A stretch of 63,391 nucleotides of DNA, filler included, from Reticulomyxa filosa (lineage: Eukaryota; Protista; Foraminifera): NCBI GenBank assembly GCA_000512085.1. It is 19 parts of 19 records of this genome, joined end to end, with 100 filler letters (N's around TTAATTAATTAA, not from the genome) between each part and the next. Parts side by side here need not be neighbours in the genome. Positions count along the whole stretch, not along the records: positions 23,377 to 24,667 come from ASPP01035720.1; positions 24,768 to 30,600 come from ASPP01025123.1; positions 30,701 to 35,665 come from ASPP01002923.1; positions 35,766 to 38,126 come from ASPP01004399.1; 15 more parts are not named here. One strand, 5' to 3'. The translations under genes were made by a program, and so were the position numbers. Numbering within the stretch: the first letter of the stretch is position 1; each line of letters starts with the position of its first letter. This document shows, one piece after another, positions 24,355-38,126 of the stretch. Under the pieces are notes generated by a model. It did not search any database. It was not told the origin of the DNA and was given only the letters and a program-made list of their open reading frames with translations.

Positions 24355-24531
24355 TTGGCCATGTGTTCAGCCTTCCTTCTACAACCAACTACAGCTCTGG
24401 ACTATTATCCAGCCTCCTTCCGACCAGCTATAGCTCTGAACGGCCTTTTTTTTTACTTAAGGCTTTGACTGGGATTTGAATACGGGTCTGAGCTAGAAAC
24501 CATGCTGTCCTACCCACTACCATTTGTCGCC
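24355..24531 (-). mobile_element. tRNA-derived SINE-like element (tRNA-like head at 24461-24531)
   Basis: The minus strand reads GGCGACAAATGGTAGTGGGTAGG...GACCCGTATTCAAATCCCAGTCAAAGCC, with A-box-like and B-box-like motifs and GGC/GCC ends over 71 nt. The body has two imperfect CAGAGCT(A/G)TAG(C/T)TGGT..GAAGGA(A)GGCTG repeats. Confidence 0.5.
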
Positions 24532-25156
24532 ATTAAGTAGAAGAATAAAAGAAAGATCAATAACGATCAAAAACAGCAAAATAAAAAATCAAACGCCGAT
24601 GAAATCTTATCGCTAAAACGTGAATTAGCAGAGATGAGATCGGCATTCCAAGTTAAAATGAGCACCTNNNNNNNNNNNNNNNNNNNNNNNNNNNNNNNNN
24701 NNNNNNNNNNNTTAATTAATTAANNNNNNNNNNNNNNNNNNNNNNNNNNNNNNNNNNNNNNNNNNNNATTCTGGAACAAAAATGTCAAGTAAGGATTTTT
24801 TTTAAGAAAAGACCGATTTAAAAAACTTTACAAACAAGCGAAAGGTGTTTCATATTTTAAACAATTTAGTAGTCCCTGGTGTGAATATGTAAGTAGCACA
24901 CCAATTAAAACAATTGTCACGAATGATTATATGTAATGTGCAAAGTTTGGTGAGTTGGATTCAGGAGAGTTTTCTTTTGTGGTATGTTTTAATGGCTAGT
25001 AAAAGATCAGGCTTCAAGCTGCAATATGCATAAAAAATACAAATAATACTGATTTACCGACAGAAAGGCACTTGCGAGGTGACGCAAAAAAAAAAACTGC
25101 GATTGAATAACAAAAAAAGCAAAAACAATGATCATCAGAGCATTCTGACCAAAGAT

Positions 25157-27205
25157 TTACCACTTAAATTCATAATCTCTTGAGAAGCTACTCGATTTCA
25201 AGAAGGTATCTTTACATTGTTGGGGTACATCTTCCCAAAAAAACCCAAGCTGACCAACAAAGCATCTTCTGTGTTCACATTTGCCAAGTACATCGGCATG
25301 AAACAGGTCTAGACTGTTTTGGTTTCGAAAGATCTCATGATTAACAAGTTTGTAGGGATAGTGCAAATCAGTGAGCATGACACGTGTGGGCATGCCAAGC
25401 CACTTTGGTTTGTGAACAACGCGAGGCAACAGCGAAATCATCGAGGAATTATAAAAGAAACAACAATAGTTCCATTGCTATTCCAAAAAAAATTTTTTTC
25501 CAAAGTAAGTTCAAGCAGTTGATTGCCTCCCCTTAAAAAAAAAAAAAAAAAAACTAAACTTCCCATTTAAACAATATAAATTGCAAGGAATAAGTGAGCA
25601 TATACTGATGAAAAGTATCAAATTGTTTGGTATGATCGTGGAGCACAACAAAATCATCGACGTCCATAAACATGAGATATTGGAAATCTTGCATATGTCG
25701 ATTTAGACAATCATTGTACAGCAGCTCCTTGGAAAAGTACCATATACCCCGGTTCGACTCGTAAGCGCGCCATCCATAGACTTGCATTTGGATGGTCGGA
25801 TTGTTGCCATGGGTGCGATTGGATTTGGCTACTATGTCGGCAACGAGATTTTGCAAGCTCCTCAAATAAGCTAAAGTTTTGTCGTCCTCGTCCAACAGCG
25901 CCACATAAAACAGAAATGTGATATTCCAATTGGGAAAGGTCGTGTCTTGGTTCAGGCCGTAGTGAGCAAAGAACTCACGAAGCATTGGTGGTCTGCCAAA
26001 GATTGGCCCGGTACATATCCCATTGCTAATCCATTTTGGTTTGGGTTTTTCTTTAGTATATTGATTAATTTTTTTTTTTTTTTTTAATTAGTTTTTTTTT
26101 TTTTTGAAAAAAAAACCATAGTTGACAGACCAGTGTTGAAAATAATTTTAGATTTGTCAATATGGTATTGCACACTGCGTGCTGTGCAAAAAATGTTGCT
26201 CTTTCTTCGCTGAGAGTTCAAATAATCATTGGAAGCTTTCTCAGTTTCTAGGTCAATTTGATATTGTTTTAAGTTAAAACAAAACTCATTTTCGTGGGAT
26301 TGGTAGATGTTTGGGTCGATCCCAATGTCATACCCTAACTTGTCGTTTTTCACATCCCAAACTATTTCGATCGATTTCAAATTTTCCGCAATGTATTGTT
26401 GGTCATATTTTGAATTTTCAATTGGCGCCCACACAAAACTCTTTTTTTCAATTAACACATATGTATGTATGTACATACAGAACAGCAAGTTTTCTGTGTG
26501 GGCCCAAGAACTTGCAAAAAAAAAAAGTTTGAATTTTCTTTCTAAGTGTGCTCCCTTTTTTCTTAATTAAAAAAATATATGTAAAGGTCTTGTTATTACT
26601 TCAGTGTACACACGCGCGGGGGTGGCTGCATGTATGTAGCGAATGTCATCGTTTCTGTCGAAACTCCACGATTTTTGATGGATACTAATGGTCTCGGACA
26701 CATTCCCTGCACTATGCAAGTGCAAGATACATGTAATATTGACACTAAAGTCCATAGTTTGAAGATACTCCCAATTGTCTTTATCCAACTCTTTGAACGT
26801 TAATTTGCTCAGATAGTAGCTGAAGTATTGCTGAAACAACGGTCGTAGTAATCCCACACCAATTTGTATTGTCAACATGCGCTTCCGTAAACCAACACTA
26901 TAACGATCGTCCAATGTAATGCTATGAATGTAAAGGGGATACTTCCCATACACTTGAGATGCATAGGATGCACTAGTGACAAAGTTGTGTTGAGGCCATA
27001 TTGTCAGATCTTTGAATGTCCAACTGAAACTGGCTTTAGTGTTGTTACTCGCTTGCTTTACCAGTGGCGAATTTAAGAGTTTGTCCGTCAAATTTGGTCG
27101 AAAATCACTCCGAAATACCTGAAAATTTACCCAAAAAAGTAGGAACAGCAAAATTAGACCAATCAACATCCCAGATATTGATATATTCTTATTGTCAGTG
27201 CTCAT
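25157..27205 (-). CDS. Type II membrane glycosyltransferase, GT92/DUF23-like, multi-exon
   Basis: N-terminal TM anchor, GICTGPIFGRPPMLREFFAHY, and YNDCLNRHMQDFQYLMFMDVDDFVV (DxD motif). Confidence 0.72.
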
Positions 27206-27922
27206 CTTTATTTTGAGACGTTCCGTTCCAAGAATTTTTTGAAGGGGAAGTTCAGCTATAATTAAGAGATAAATTATCTTTTTCTTTATGTTATCAGTTG
27301 TTTTTTAAAATGATAAATAACGTTTAAAACTAAAAAAAATTAAATTTTTGAAGATGGATTAAAAACTATGTTAAGTGTTATTTCTTTTAAAGTATCAACT
27401 TTTTTTTTACTCTATCGTAACAGTCTAGACATCGAAATAATAAGCTATTTCTTGATATATCTCAAAGTTATTTTGATAATCATTTCAAAATCTTTTTTCT
27501 AATTTCAAATATAAGATTTGTAATTTCTCAACGCGAAATCAATTGATATGTTATTAAAGGATGTCAACAAAGAGAAACATTACGTGTGCAACTTGGAAAC
27601 TAGAACTTGAAGAACAATAATGTAACAGGATATTTCAAAACACCATGTAATGTTATTATTGACAACAACAAAAATGAGTTAAATTAAGATTCTGATCATA
27701 TGTGGCGGAGCATGAACAAAAAGAAATTAAAATTTAAGTGTGTTGACCTTACAAATTAAGGCCCCTTTATATTTTTATCCGGGCATTTCAATACCACAGA
27801 TTGCAAAATGCGAAAAAAAAATATTCTTTGAATGAACACTATTTCTTTTTTTCTAAGTTATTTTTGATATTGATCCGAGTACAAAGAATGAGGGGGAGGG
27901 AAGGACACAAAAATGTTGGTGT

Positions 27923-28694
27923 TCATGCCTTATCAGGTTGTTTATCAGGGTGACTAATCTGAAAGGCCTCCAAAGTCAGACAGTGTTCGTTTATTTTTTG
28001 AATAGTTGGATACTTGGCAATGTTGATTTTGAAGGTAGCAGCATTAAACACTTGAGGAATCAACAAGCAATCAGCCATGGACACTTCATCACCAACGCAA
28101 AACCTTCCACTACTTTCTTTCAATATCGTCTCCAAAGCGTTGAAACCTTTTTCGATACATTCACTGGCCCAGTATTTTTTAATTTTTTTCACAGACGTGT
28201 CATCCAAGTTTATTTTTCCATATTCTTGAGTGTACTTTACAACTTGATTTAAAATGCTCAGATTTTGCATCGGTTGAATTCCTGAATTAACCGCCTCACT
28301 AATTTGGCGTACTTTGTACCTCAAATCTTCTCGTTTCGGTAACAATGCCGCACCTTGATTCTTTCTTGTTTCCTCAAGATATTCAATTATTGGAATGGAC
28401 TGTGCTAAAATGAGGCCGTCGATTTCCAATGTTGGTACCTTTAGTTCTCCATATTTTAGTGTATATGCGGTCATATGACAGGTCAGTGTTTTGCGTTATT
28501 GGAACAAAAATAACATATTTTCTCAAAACTTGAGCTAAAGGGTTCAAACGCAACAAAGGAGACTCAAATTGCTCTCCACTTGACAAATTCACTGGTTTTA
28601 CTGTATAAGGGATTTTTTTCAAGGCCAAGGCTGTTCGCACGCGCCATGTGCAAGAAGAGCGCCAAAACCCATGTAATATGATCTCTCCCGGCAT
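27923..28694 (-). CDS. GSTZ1: Glutathione S-transferase zeta / maleylacetoacetate isomerase, 2 exons
   Basis: LHGFWRSSCTWRVRTALALK, NPLAQ|VPTL, SGIQPMQNL, VGDEVSMADCLLIPQVFNA and HPDKQPD. Intron at ~28440-28529 (GTTTTG..AAAG). Confidence 0.93.
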
Positions 28695-29053
28695 TTTTTA
28701 TTTTATTTTTTTTTCCCTTTTACAAAATTTTCTCAAAGTTGAGTTTAGTTTGAAAAACCACAGTGTAACATTTTGCTTATTTTGATAAATTGAAAGGACA
28801 GTAAGTAACTCACGTCAAGATATTGGACGATTTTTCACAAAGACCGTCAATCTAAATATTCAAATTAATTAAGTTGGCTATCTTTTACAGAAAGAAAAAT
28901 TATTGATTTGCACGAATCAAATTGACTTGCTTTCGAGCATGCATTGAAAGAAAAAAAAAGTTGCAATAAGAATGGGCTGTTTATATACTGCCAATGTTTG
29001 TCGACAAACGAACAAATAAAATTATAAGTAAAAGTGAATTTGGGTTGAATAGG

Positions 29054-29781
29054 TCATTCCTCATAGGAAAGGAGCATATTTTGCAATTGTTGTTTATCAA
29101 ACATAATATTTTGTAAATGTTGATCCAATTGTTGATATACTTCACTCTGGCGACTGTGACTATTTGCCAATATTGACATGCCTTTGTGATGTAATTGGAT
29201 AATGGAGTCACAATCACGAGCCAATTGTTTCAACTCTTTAGAGGACAATGGTTTGCTATCGTTGCGACTTTGTGAATCGGGAGCACATCGTTGGTCCAAC
29301 AACTGATGGACATGATACATCCAAAGCTTGGAAGTGAAAGCATACTGAAGACCGAGAAGAGGAGAATAATAACTATATTTGGTGTCATTGAAAAACCATT
29401 CATAGCAATCAAGTAATTGTAAGTGTTGTTTCAATGTGAAGGGATCTTCAAATAGCCCAAGATCAATTTCAAGTTTTGTCGTAATCAATAGCAATTCAAT
29501 TCGGAGCCAATGATACTTCCCAAGATATTTGTCGACAAAAGTGCGACTGAGTTTTTGGCAATTGGACAGTATTGTCCCCATTTTCGTCGGGTTTGTTTCC
29601 GCGACATTGCCCTTCTCGCTTTGTGTTTTGTACTCCTCCAGCTGCAATTCGATTTTGTGTATTTCATTGTTCAACTTGGTCTTTGCAATTTGAGGATGGT
29701 TTTTATCTGCCCTGCAAACATAATGTTTTTCATCCTCGGTCAATATATATTCTGCTTTGCATTGAGGACATTGCAGTTCTA

Positions 29782-29848
<67 letters not shown>

Positions 29849-30600
29849 AAAGTGTCATTTTCACTCTTTTTTTAAAAATTTTTTTGACTTACGCTGAAAA
29901 AGTACTTCTTTTTTGACTCGTTCAATTTGATCGATGGAACAATAATAGCATTGACATTTGAATCCGTACTCATTTTGCAAATAAAGGTTTCTCAAAGATT
30001 TGGGTTGAAAAGGATTGCAATAGCTCATAAGGACCTCCTCGCCGATTGGAATGTCGCGAAGAACCCGCACTTGCAGCAGCAGCCTTTCCTTTCCCTTGTG
30101 CTTGACATTTGAGTCGATGGCAGTGTTGACATAACGAATGCACACATTGGGTGCACAAGAATGGTTGATCATTGCCGTGAGTGGAAACAAGGCAATCCCA
30201 ATCGAGTCGTAGTTTTCATCACAAATCGAATACGCATTAGTTTCGAATTGGCTAATCCTCGTTTTGATCCTTTCAAACGATGGCAATGACATTGGAGTCC
30301 TTTCATTCTCACTTGGCTGTTCCTTGCTTTTTTTCAACGCTTCCAAATATTGCAACACACAAAATGTCAATGTCATATATTTTTCTTCCCGTTGCTTCGT
30401 TGTGTGATGCACAAAGGTCTTTATCAATGACATTGCCAATTTCCTTGTTTTTCCTCCTCTTTCTTGTCCCATGCTTCTATTGCTTCCAGCAATTCTCCTA
30501 TGCACACGATCGTCGGTATTATCTTTTCTCCGTACTTTACTGTCTCAATGCCTTTGCAACGGTTCTTGTGTGTCTCTGCGTCTAATGACTTTTTTTTTTT
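29054..30600 (-). CDS. SMYD-type SET domain lysine methyltransferase, 5' truncated
   Basis: TNAYSI..GIALFPLTAMINHSCAPN..VLRDIPIGEEVLMSY..LQNEYGFKCQCYYC, followed by a helical TPR-like C-terminal region. The intron contains the (TAA)n repeat. Confidence 0.88.
29784..29846 (+). repeat. (TAT)n microsatellite, intronic
   Basis: About 21 perfect units. Confidence 0.95.
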
Positions 30601-30758
30601 NNNNNNNNNNNNNNNNNNNNNNNNNNNNNNNNNNNNNNNNNNNNTTAATTAATTAANNNNNNNNNNNNNNNNNNNNNNNNNNNNNNNNNNNNNNNNNNNN
30701 TTTTCAATTCTGAAGCATTTTCTACAACTTTTTTTTTATCGTTTGACGTCTTTCCATT

Positions 30759-31790
30759 TCAGAGTGCCCTGAAAGAGAGGGGGCAAACAGAGAAGAAAAG
30801 CTTAAGTGGAGAACCACGGTTGTTTCGTAGCAACATGAAGCCCTCGTTTGTATATGAAATTATATTGGTGGCACTGCACGTATTAAACGCGTTGTACGTG
30901 GTAGCAAGTGCAAATAATGTGGCCAGAGACAACTCAAATGAAAAAGGCCAAAAATCTTTAAATAACCAAGACAATATGTATATATCGACAATATCATGGA
31001 ATATATTGGCCAACCACTCTCTCAGCCAAATGTGGACATGTGTGCAACATCCACAAAGCCATAACAACGTAAGAACATTGTCAGTGCAAATTCTTAATAA
31101 TGGATCTTTGCACAAAAGTATACGTGTTCTCATAAGCATGCCAATCACCAAACAAATGCAGTCCAATGAGAATACGTATATCAAAATGTCTGCAATGAAT
31201 ATTTCAACATATACTTCGGGAATATTATCAAAATCATGTTCATTAACGTACAAATCAGTATCGCAAAGGTATATAACAATGATAGAAAAATCTAATGAAA
31301 AAAAAAATGTTCATGGAAAAAAACAAGGGAGGTTTACGTATAACAAGAAATAATAAGGGTGATGATAGATTGTATATGTGACAGATTTGATTTAAAATGT
31401 ATTTTTTTTAAACAACCAAAAACACAGTGTATTTGCAAGTGCTATTGTAATTGTGATGACAAGCATACCGGCGTCGAATGGAGTGCGCAAATGGGTTGGA
31501 CAGACAGGAGCGAATAGAGCATTTGATAAATTGTTTGTGACTAATTGCTCCAGTGCCACGTTGATACGAACGCCAAATTTGGCTATCAATAATATATGCA
31601 GCCGCACCAATTCTGTATTTCCATTTTATCGTGCTCGAATTAAAAAAAAAATTGCGATTCCAAATTTATACAAAGTCCAACGCATACATCCAAGGTATTG
31701 TTGCCAACACTCGCAAGGTCGTCATGCACCAACAATTCACTATTTGCCAAATAGCAGTTCTATCAACGAGAAACATTTTTGGAACGCTGT
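30759..31790 (-). CDS. Hypothetical membrane protein fragments (possibly a pseudogene)
   Basis: 164-aa hydrophobic ORF plus upstream exon-like ORFs. No family recognised. Confidence 0.25.
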
Positions 31791-34700
31791 TCGATACTTT
31801 AATGTTAGGTTCTTTTTTTTTTTTTTGCTACTTTTTTTTTGAAACAAAAAAAAAAATTTTGATAGATCGTACGGTGTGGCGCAGAAAAATGAAATATGGA
31901 CGACATAGACAAAATCGATGACAATAACGACAATGACAAATTTGACAAATGGCTCGATCAACTGCAATTACTGGTGCAAATTTTAATGGAAATAGATCGT
32001 TATCATTGATCAGTACCTGTCTTTAAGGTGGAAGAAGCGCTGTTAGCGCAAATGAGGATATGAGCAATACACAACTGACGAACAATTGAATTGCAAGTCA
32101 GTGGTGATGCTAATCCTTATTTGTACGCAGAGCTACTTCCGCCAAGGCATGGTCTGTCAAATGACAATTATGCTATCACTCAAAATCGCAAAGGCATCGC
32201 ACACTTAATTATTCACAAACGTATCATGCTCCTAACAATCGGCAACAGCGCAACTCATTAATGGGAACTTTATTGACAGCCCCAAACAAATCCAGAGGCC
32301 TCCACATCAAAACGTGACACATGTGGTCTCTTCAAGTTATTTTTTTTTTGTTATAATAACATAAGTATATATCTTTGGCTGTTACTTGTATAGACTAGAC
32401 GAATGTGAACAGCGATTGCGCAAATTGTTGGATGGTATTGATCGAAAGAAAAAAGAATACGGGGTAGAAACCACCCCGTCTCCGAAAGGAGAAATAAAGG
32501 TTTGTTCTATCTATTTTTTTTTAAAATATATTTAACTGTTATGTATTGTATAACATAGGTTCCTCCGTCCGCAAATATGGTTACAAATATATACACACTA
32601 CCTTCACACAAAAGAAAAAAAAGAATAAGGGGTCGCAATCTACCCCTGTATCCTCAATGAGGAATAATGGTTTGTGATGTATATATTTATTTATATATAC
32701 ATATATGTTTCAATATATAATATTGTTGTTTGTGATTCAATAGGGTTCCCCCGCAAAGAACAAACATATATATGTATATTTATTTGTCCCCATCCCTAAC
32801 AAAAAATATTGTGAGTGTTTGTGCAGGAAATAAAATCAATAGAAATGGAGATGATACCCAAGGTTATGAATATATTTGTTTAATTTTTCTTTACAAATTA
32901 TAAAATGTAACTTGTTTGTGAATATAGGTCCGACGCAATAGAGACATGGTGGCGCAGTATCTTAAAATGGAGTTGGGAAATATTGATAAATTAAGAATAT
33001 ATGAGGGGGAAATTAGAAATAAGGGGGGAAAGGAGAAAATTGGAAATAATGGGGGGGAGAAAAAAGAAAATAGAATAATAAAAAAAAGGATGTACTAATA
33101 AAAAAAAGGAATAATAAATAAGGAAAAAAAGATAATAAAAAAAAAGCAAAAAGCAAAAAAGAAAAAAGGAAAAAAGAAAATGTACTAAGAAAAAAAACCT
33201 ATAAGGAAAAATAATGAAAAAGAAATAATAAAGAAAAAAAGAATAATGTAAGAAAATTTAAATTTGAAATTTTAATTTTTAATTTTTATTTGAAAAGTTA
33301 GTTGTCCCTCGCGGAATGGCAACATTAGTTAAGTAAATTTTTTTATTATGTTTGTTTTAAAAAAATTGCTTGAAGACATACTTAAAATATTATAGAAACT
33401 GAAGCATTCATCGAACAACGACCAAGTGACCTATCATTCGAAGCACGCTATTGTATATCGAAAGGTAATTAAAATGTTTTAAGAATGGCAGTCGGTCCAA
33501 GTTTAGTGGTGTGTATAATTACAAATTTAGGCTATTCAGAAAAAAATGTATAAATAAAAATAGAAAATATGTGACTTATTTGGCAAGAGAGGACATTATA
33601 AATGGTCAACAACAAGAACATTCGTTTATATAATTAAAAAGTATTTTGGAGATTTGCAAAGTGCAAAAGACCAATCTATCAATATCGATTGGACAAATAA
33701 TCACCAAAGTAATATCAATGTAAGTTTTATAAAGGCATAAAAACTACAACACAAGTGATAACGAAATAATAAAAGAATAGAACATTGGGTGTGCCAAATT
33801 CCTTTTTCGTAAAGAGATTGAGTACAACGATCAACTCTTTCAATTCGAGATCAATCTTTATTTATGTATATCAACGTGGAATATATTCCAGGTGTAGACG
33901 CCTGCGATCAAGTGGAAAACAATGAAACAGCAGCTGACTTGAATTCATATAATAAAAAGGATGACACTGTTTGCTTCATTGTGGCTATTGAATCTTTTGC
34001 ATTGCTCGCTTCTTGACAGCGTCACGTTTCAATATCTTCAAGTATTGATTGCATCGCATTTATCAAATGAGTTTAGTTTTATCTATTTCAAAAATCAAAC
34101 AGATCGTGAACGTTTGAATAAGTATGACAAAGTTTTAATACTTTTGAAATAGTACAAGACTGAGTTCTACGCGTCCACATCTCGCAATCGAAAGGAGAAA
34201 AACATTAATCAGTCGAAGTGAATTTGGGACAAGTATTTGCTGGAGTGAATACATTCGTCTTTCTTCGATAATCTCCAATTGACACGTTATTCCTGTGGAT
34301 ACACAAAAATGCTGTTCAAGTGAAAGCGTGGATATCATTACCAAAGTATCATCAAAAGTGACAATATGAATACAATCAACCAATGGAATGCAACGAAATT
34401 GTATTGTTATTCGACTTGCTGTTTCTTGATCTATCGCAATACAGCTCAAAGTGGATTGTTTATGTAAGTTCACAAGTCAGTGAAATACTATACATGCAAT
34501 CAAAGAAAGTGAAATTGATCAGAGCTGGGATAAATATTAATGCGAGAAACAAAGAATAGATGGAATATTCAAATTGTGGAGAATTCTCTCTAGAATGCAA
34601 TCCTGCCATTATTCGAATTCAAAACACAGAAGGCACATTACCAATATCAGGACAATGGGAAAAAAAGGCATTTAAAATGGAAAGTATCAACCAAATGCAA

Positions 34701-36431
34701 AGGAAAGGCAGCTTTATTTGAAGGTATATTGTTACTTTTCTCATATCTTCAGCTGTTGTAATATGTTTTGACCGAAGTAATGTGGACATGGATCACTTCA
34801 TTGTAGAATGATTTGCCTTAGGTTTGGAATCAAAGAAAGGGGAAGAGGAAGAAGAACAATAAGAAGAGTAGATTAAGGGAATGGAAAAAGAAAAAGAAAG
34901 GACTAATGGTATTAGTGGATTATTTAAAAAAATGTGACACTGGTAATGAATAGTGCAAGAAATATGAACACATCAAGAAAAGCAAGGAACAAATGTGAAT
35001 GAAAGAGAGCGTACACAATAATCTCTTAAAAGTGTTGCTATTCGTTTTATCAAAACTATGAGTGGTTATACATAATGTTTATAAAACGAAACAAGTGGCA
35101 ATGAATTGTTATTTGTTTGTAATCACTCCAATTCATCAATACGTATAATTTGATCAAATGTCCACCTCCGTATCTATGATTGTATGTTGTATGTGATCCC
35201 CCGACATCGATACACCAAATACACATGAAAGCATTTTCCAAAATGCAATTGCTATGATTTTTCGTGTTGATTTGGTGGAAAATAGTGTTGCAATTTGATT
35301 GGTGACGAATTGTTTTTTTCAATGCAAACAAAAAAAAAAAATTGTTATTATTGTCAAGTAAGATTGGTAGGAAATGATTTGCTTTATTGATTCGAATGCC
35401 TTTGAAAGAAGAATTAAAGTTAAAAAAATATTTATTATTTTTATCTTTCTTTTTAGACCATTTGAATTAATTTACTGTTTGTTGTTTTTATTTTTACAAG
35501 CGACTAAAATATATTAAATCGACGAGCGGTGCAAGTGGTGGAACTGCAAATGAAAAAGAAGCCACGTATAAAAATAGGAAGCAAATACTACTGCCTCGGA
35601 GAAAATGCTACAAAAAACTGCAAAAAAAAAAATAGAGTCGATGTGCAAATGATATCCAGAAAATTNNNNNNNNNNNNNNNNNNNNNNNNNNNNNNNNNNN
35701 NNNNNNNNNTTAATTAATTAANNNNNNNNNNNNNNNNNNNNNNNNNNNNNNNNNNNNNNNNNNNNTATATAGTTTGTTTTACAATCAAAGTGAAAACACT
35801 ATGCAGTTTTTTAAAACCATGCGGGCTGGACTTCAACCCCAATTTTTTCTTCATAGATGCGAGTATGTAAAACTTTTCTTCTTTTTTTTTGCGAGACTTG
35901 TCACTGCTGTTATCAAACAAATCATAATTTAATATATTAAAATAAATAAATAAATAGATTTCAAACCTGTACATCCTTTCGGAGACGGGGAGCTGTACCC
36001 CATTTAACAATTTTCTTTTGCAGAGGGATGCATAGCATCCAAAACAATTCATTTCTTTTTTTTTTTCCAAAGTGGACAGTCTGTTCAACCAACAAACAGA
36101 ATTTCTTTTTTAAGTCAAAAAATATGCAAAAAATAAAAAACATACGTTGCAGGAGGGAGCAGGGCAATATCACGAACAGTCAACAAAAAAAAGAAGAAAA
36201 ACCCTTTTTTTTGTTCAGTAAGACGTAATTTGTAACTCATATTTATCCAAAAAATGTCAAAATTGCAATTTTTGATATTTTGTACGAAATTACTTAAAAA
36301 AAAGTAAAGAATTGTTTTCAGAAATGAAATGTTATCAAATTTCAACAACTTAGTAACACATAATTGAATATTATGATTGTTCCTTGGAATTATATTTAAT
36401 GGAATGAAACATTAATTTTTTTGTCTTAATC

Positions 36432-37121
36432 TTAGTTTTTCATTTTTGTTTTTTCTGAAGATACGAGAAAATCACTTTTCAATAACGACAGTATGTAGAC
36501 ATCACCGAATGTACCGTCACTAAACTTATGTGCTTTTCGATGTTTTCCTTCATTAAGAAATCCATTTTTTTCACAAACTCGTACAGAAGCAATATTTTCG
36601 ACACAAATCTTAGACTCTAATCTTACGATGTCACCAAACACATGACCCATTTGATCAGAAAAAATAATGTGTTTGATAAACAAGCCCAGTGCAGAGGTCA
36701 TTATTTGTTTTCCCCAGTGTTCTTCATTTATCCAATATCCAACCTCTGCAATATAAGGGTCAACCAGGTTTCGATACACTCCAATTCCTCCCATGACAAT
36801 TCCCTTATCTGAGGATACTATTGTTAGCACCAGCCGGTCCAATGATCCATCGTCTGTTTTCTTTTCATTTTCTTGAGAATTTTCCGTTATAGTTTGAAAT
36901 TTTTTATAAGAGTTGGTTTGACAATGGTTAATAAACAATTTTGCATTCTCCAACGTGTAGGGATGAGGAAAACTGGTCCTTAAGTATCGTGCCACTTTTG
37001 CAGAGTTTGCTGCCTTGCTCAAATATTCCGCGTCTGAGTCTTGATATGGTCGAATTACAAACTTATCACCTTTCACCGTCAAAAGGGAGCTCCAATTATC
37101 AATTTTGTGAAGCTTAGTCAT
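36432..37121 (-). CDS. GNAT N-acetyltransferase, RimJ/RimL type, intronless
   Basis: IRPYQDSDAEYL..ANSAKVARYLRTSFPHPYTLENA, AEVGYWINEEHWGKQIMTSAL and ENIASVRVCEKNGFLNEG. Confidence 0.9.
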   Translation of the reverse strand: MTKLHKIDNWSSLLTVKGDKFVIRPYQDSDAEYLSKAANSAKVARYLRTSFPHPYTLENAKLFINHCQTNSYKKFQTITENSQENEKKTDDGSLDRLVLTIVSSDKGIVMGGIGVYRNLVDPYIAEVGYWINEEHWGKQIMTSALGLFIKHIIFSDQMGHVFGDIVRLESKICVENIASVRVCEKNGFLNEGKHRKAHKFSDGTFGDVYILSLLKSDFLVSSEKTKMKN

Positions 37122-37624
37122 TCCTTTATTTAACACAAAAAGAAAATTTGAGTCTTAAGAAGGAAAACCCCCTCAAAGAGCAGTAGTTTCATTAGTTCAC
37201 ATTTTTGGTATTTCAATGATTTAGCACATTTGTCGCAATGAAAATGCATTTTTGAGATAATTGTGCGTTATGAATAACAAAATAGCACAACATCTATGAA
37301 TGAACGAACATAAAAATAGGCAGTACCAGTTTTTGGATTACTTTTTATTTGTTGACTTTGTTTTATTATTTGCTCACCCATACAACGAAGTTTTATTTAA
37401 TTTAAAAGAGCTAAGATTGTGAATATAGGTAGAGGTTTTATTAGTACACATTAACTTGAATCATTTTGGTCAAAAAATAGTGCTGAAGAAAAATGTTTAA
37501 AAAATGTAATAAAATGTGGCAATAGGTTTAATTTTATTTTGTTGGCAAACAAATCCAATTGGACCTAAAAGTACGAGATTTTCGGTGTGAGCATCAAACT
37601 CCAATGTTGAAAAAAAGTTGTGGA

Positions 37625-38084
37625 TCATATGGTGACAACTAAGTTTTTATTCATGATATGTATGTCCTTATCTGGACCGTCAATTTGCACAATGGCCTCA
37701 ATTCCATCAATTCCAATGATTTGTCCATCATGTCCTTCCAAACGACCAAAGACAACACGAACACGATCGTTTTCTTTTGGTATACTGTGAACCAATTCTT
37801 CTCGGCTTACATTGAGCACATTACCATCAGACAACATCTTAATGGTGACATTGCCATTAGGTCCGTCTAAGTCAATGACTCGAACAGGATTGTCTCTATA
37901 CAATAATATAGCTCCTTGAATGACATAATAATGACGATCCATTTGTCTGGCTCGCTCCAGATCTGCAAAATCACTTTGAGATGCACTGGTGTCTTCAACT
38001 ATTGACATTTCTTCATTTCCTTGATTGGTTTCTATTTTAGAATTGAAAGATGGTCATTGATGATTTTTTTCTGTCTCTATCTAT
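37625..38084 (-). CDS. SPT5: Transcription elongation factor SPT5, C-terminal KOW exon (5' truncated)
   Basis: LVHSIPKENDRVRVVFGRLEGHDGQIIGIDGIEAIVQID..DIHIMNKNLV aligns with the terminal KOW of eukaryotic SPT5 (P.K..KVKV..G....TG.L.SIDG.DGIV). Confidence 0.68.
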
Positions 38085-38085
38085 C

Positions 38086-38126
<41 letters not shown>

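Noticed and set aside
24461-24531. Functional tRNA gene
   Set aside because: The acceptor, anticodon and T arms pair poorly and the B box is degenerate (TATTCAAATCC). Treated as a SINE head or pseudo-tRNA.
32390-35400. Exon-like fragments and a purine-rich tract (33000-33260)
   Set aside because: Multiple stops and no supportable family. The A/G tract looks like intronic low-complexity or low-quality sequence.
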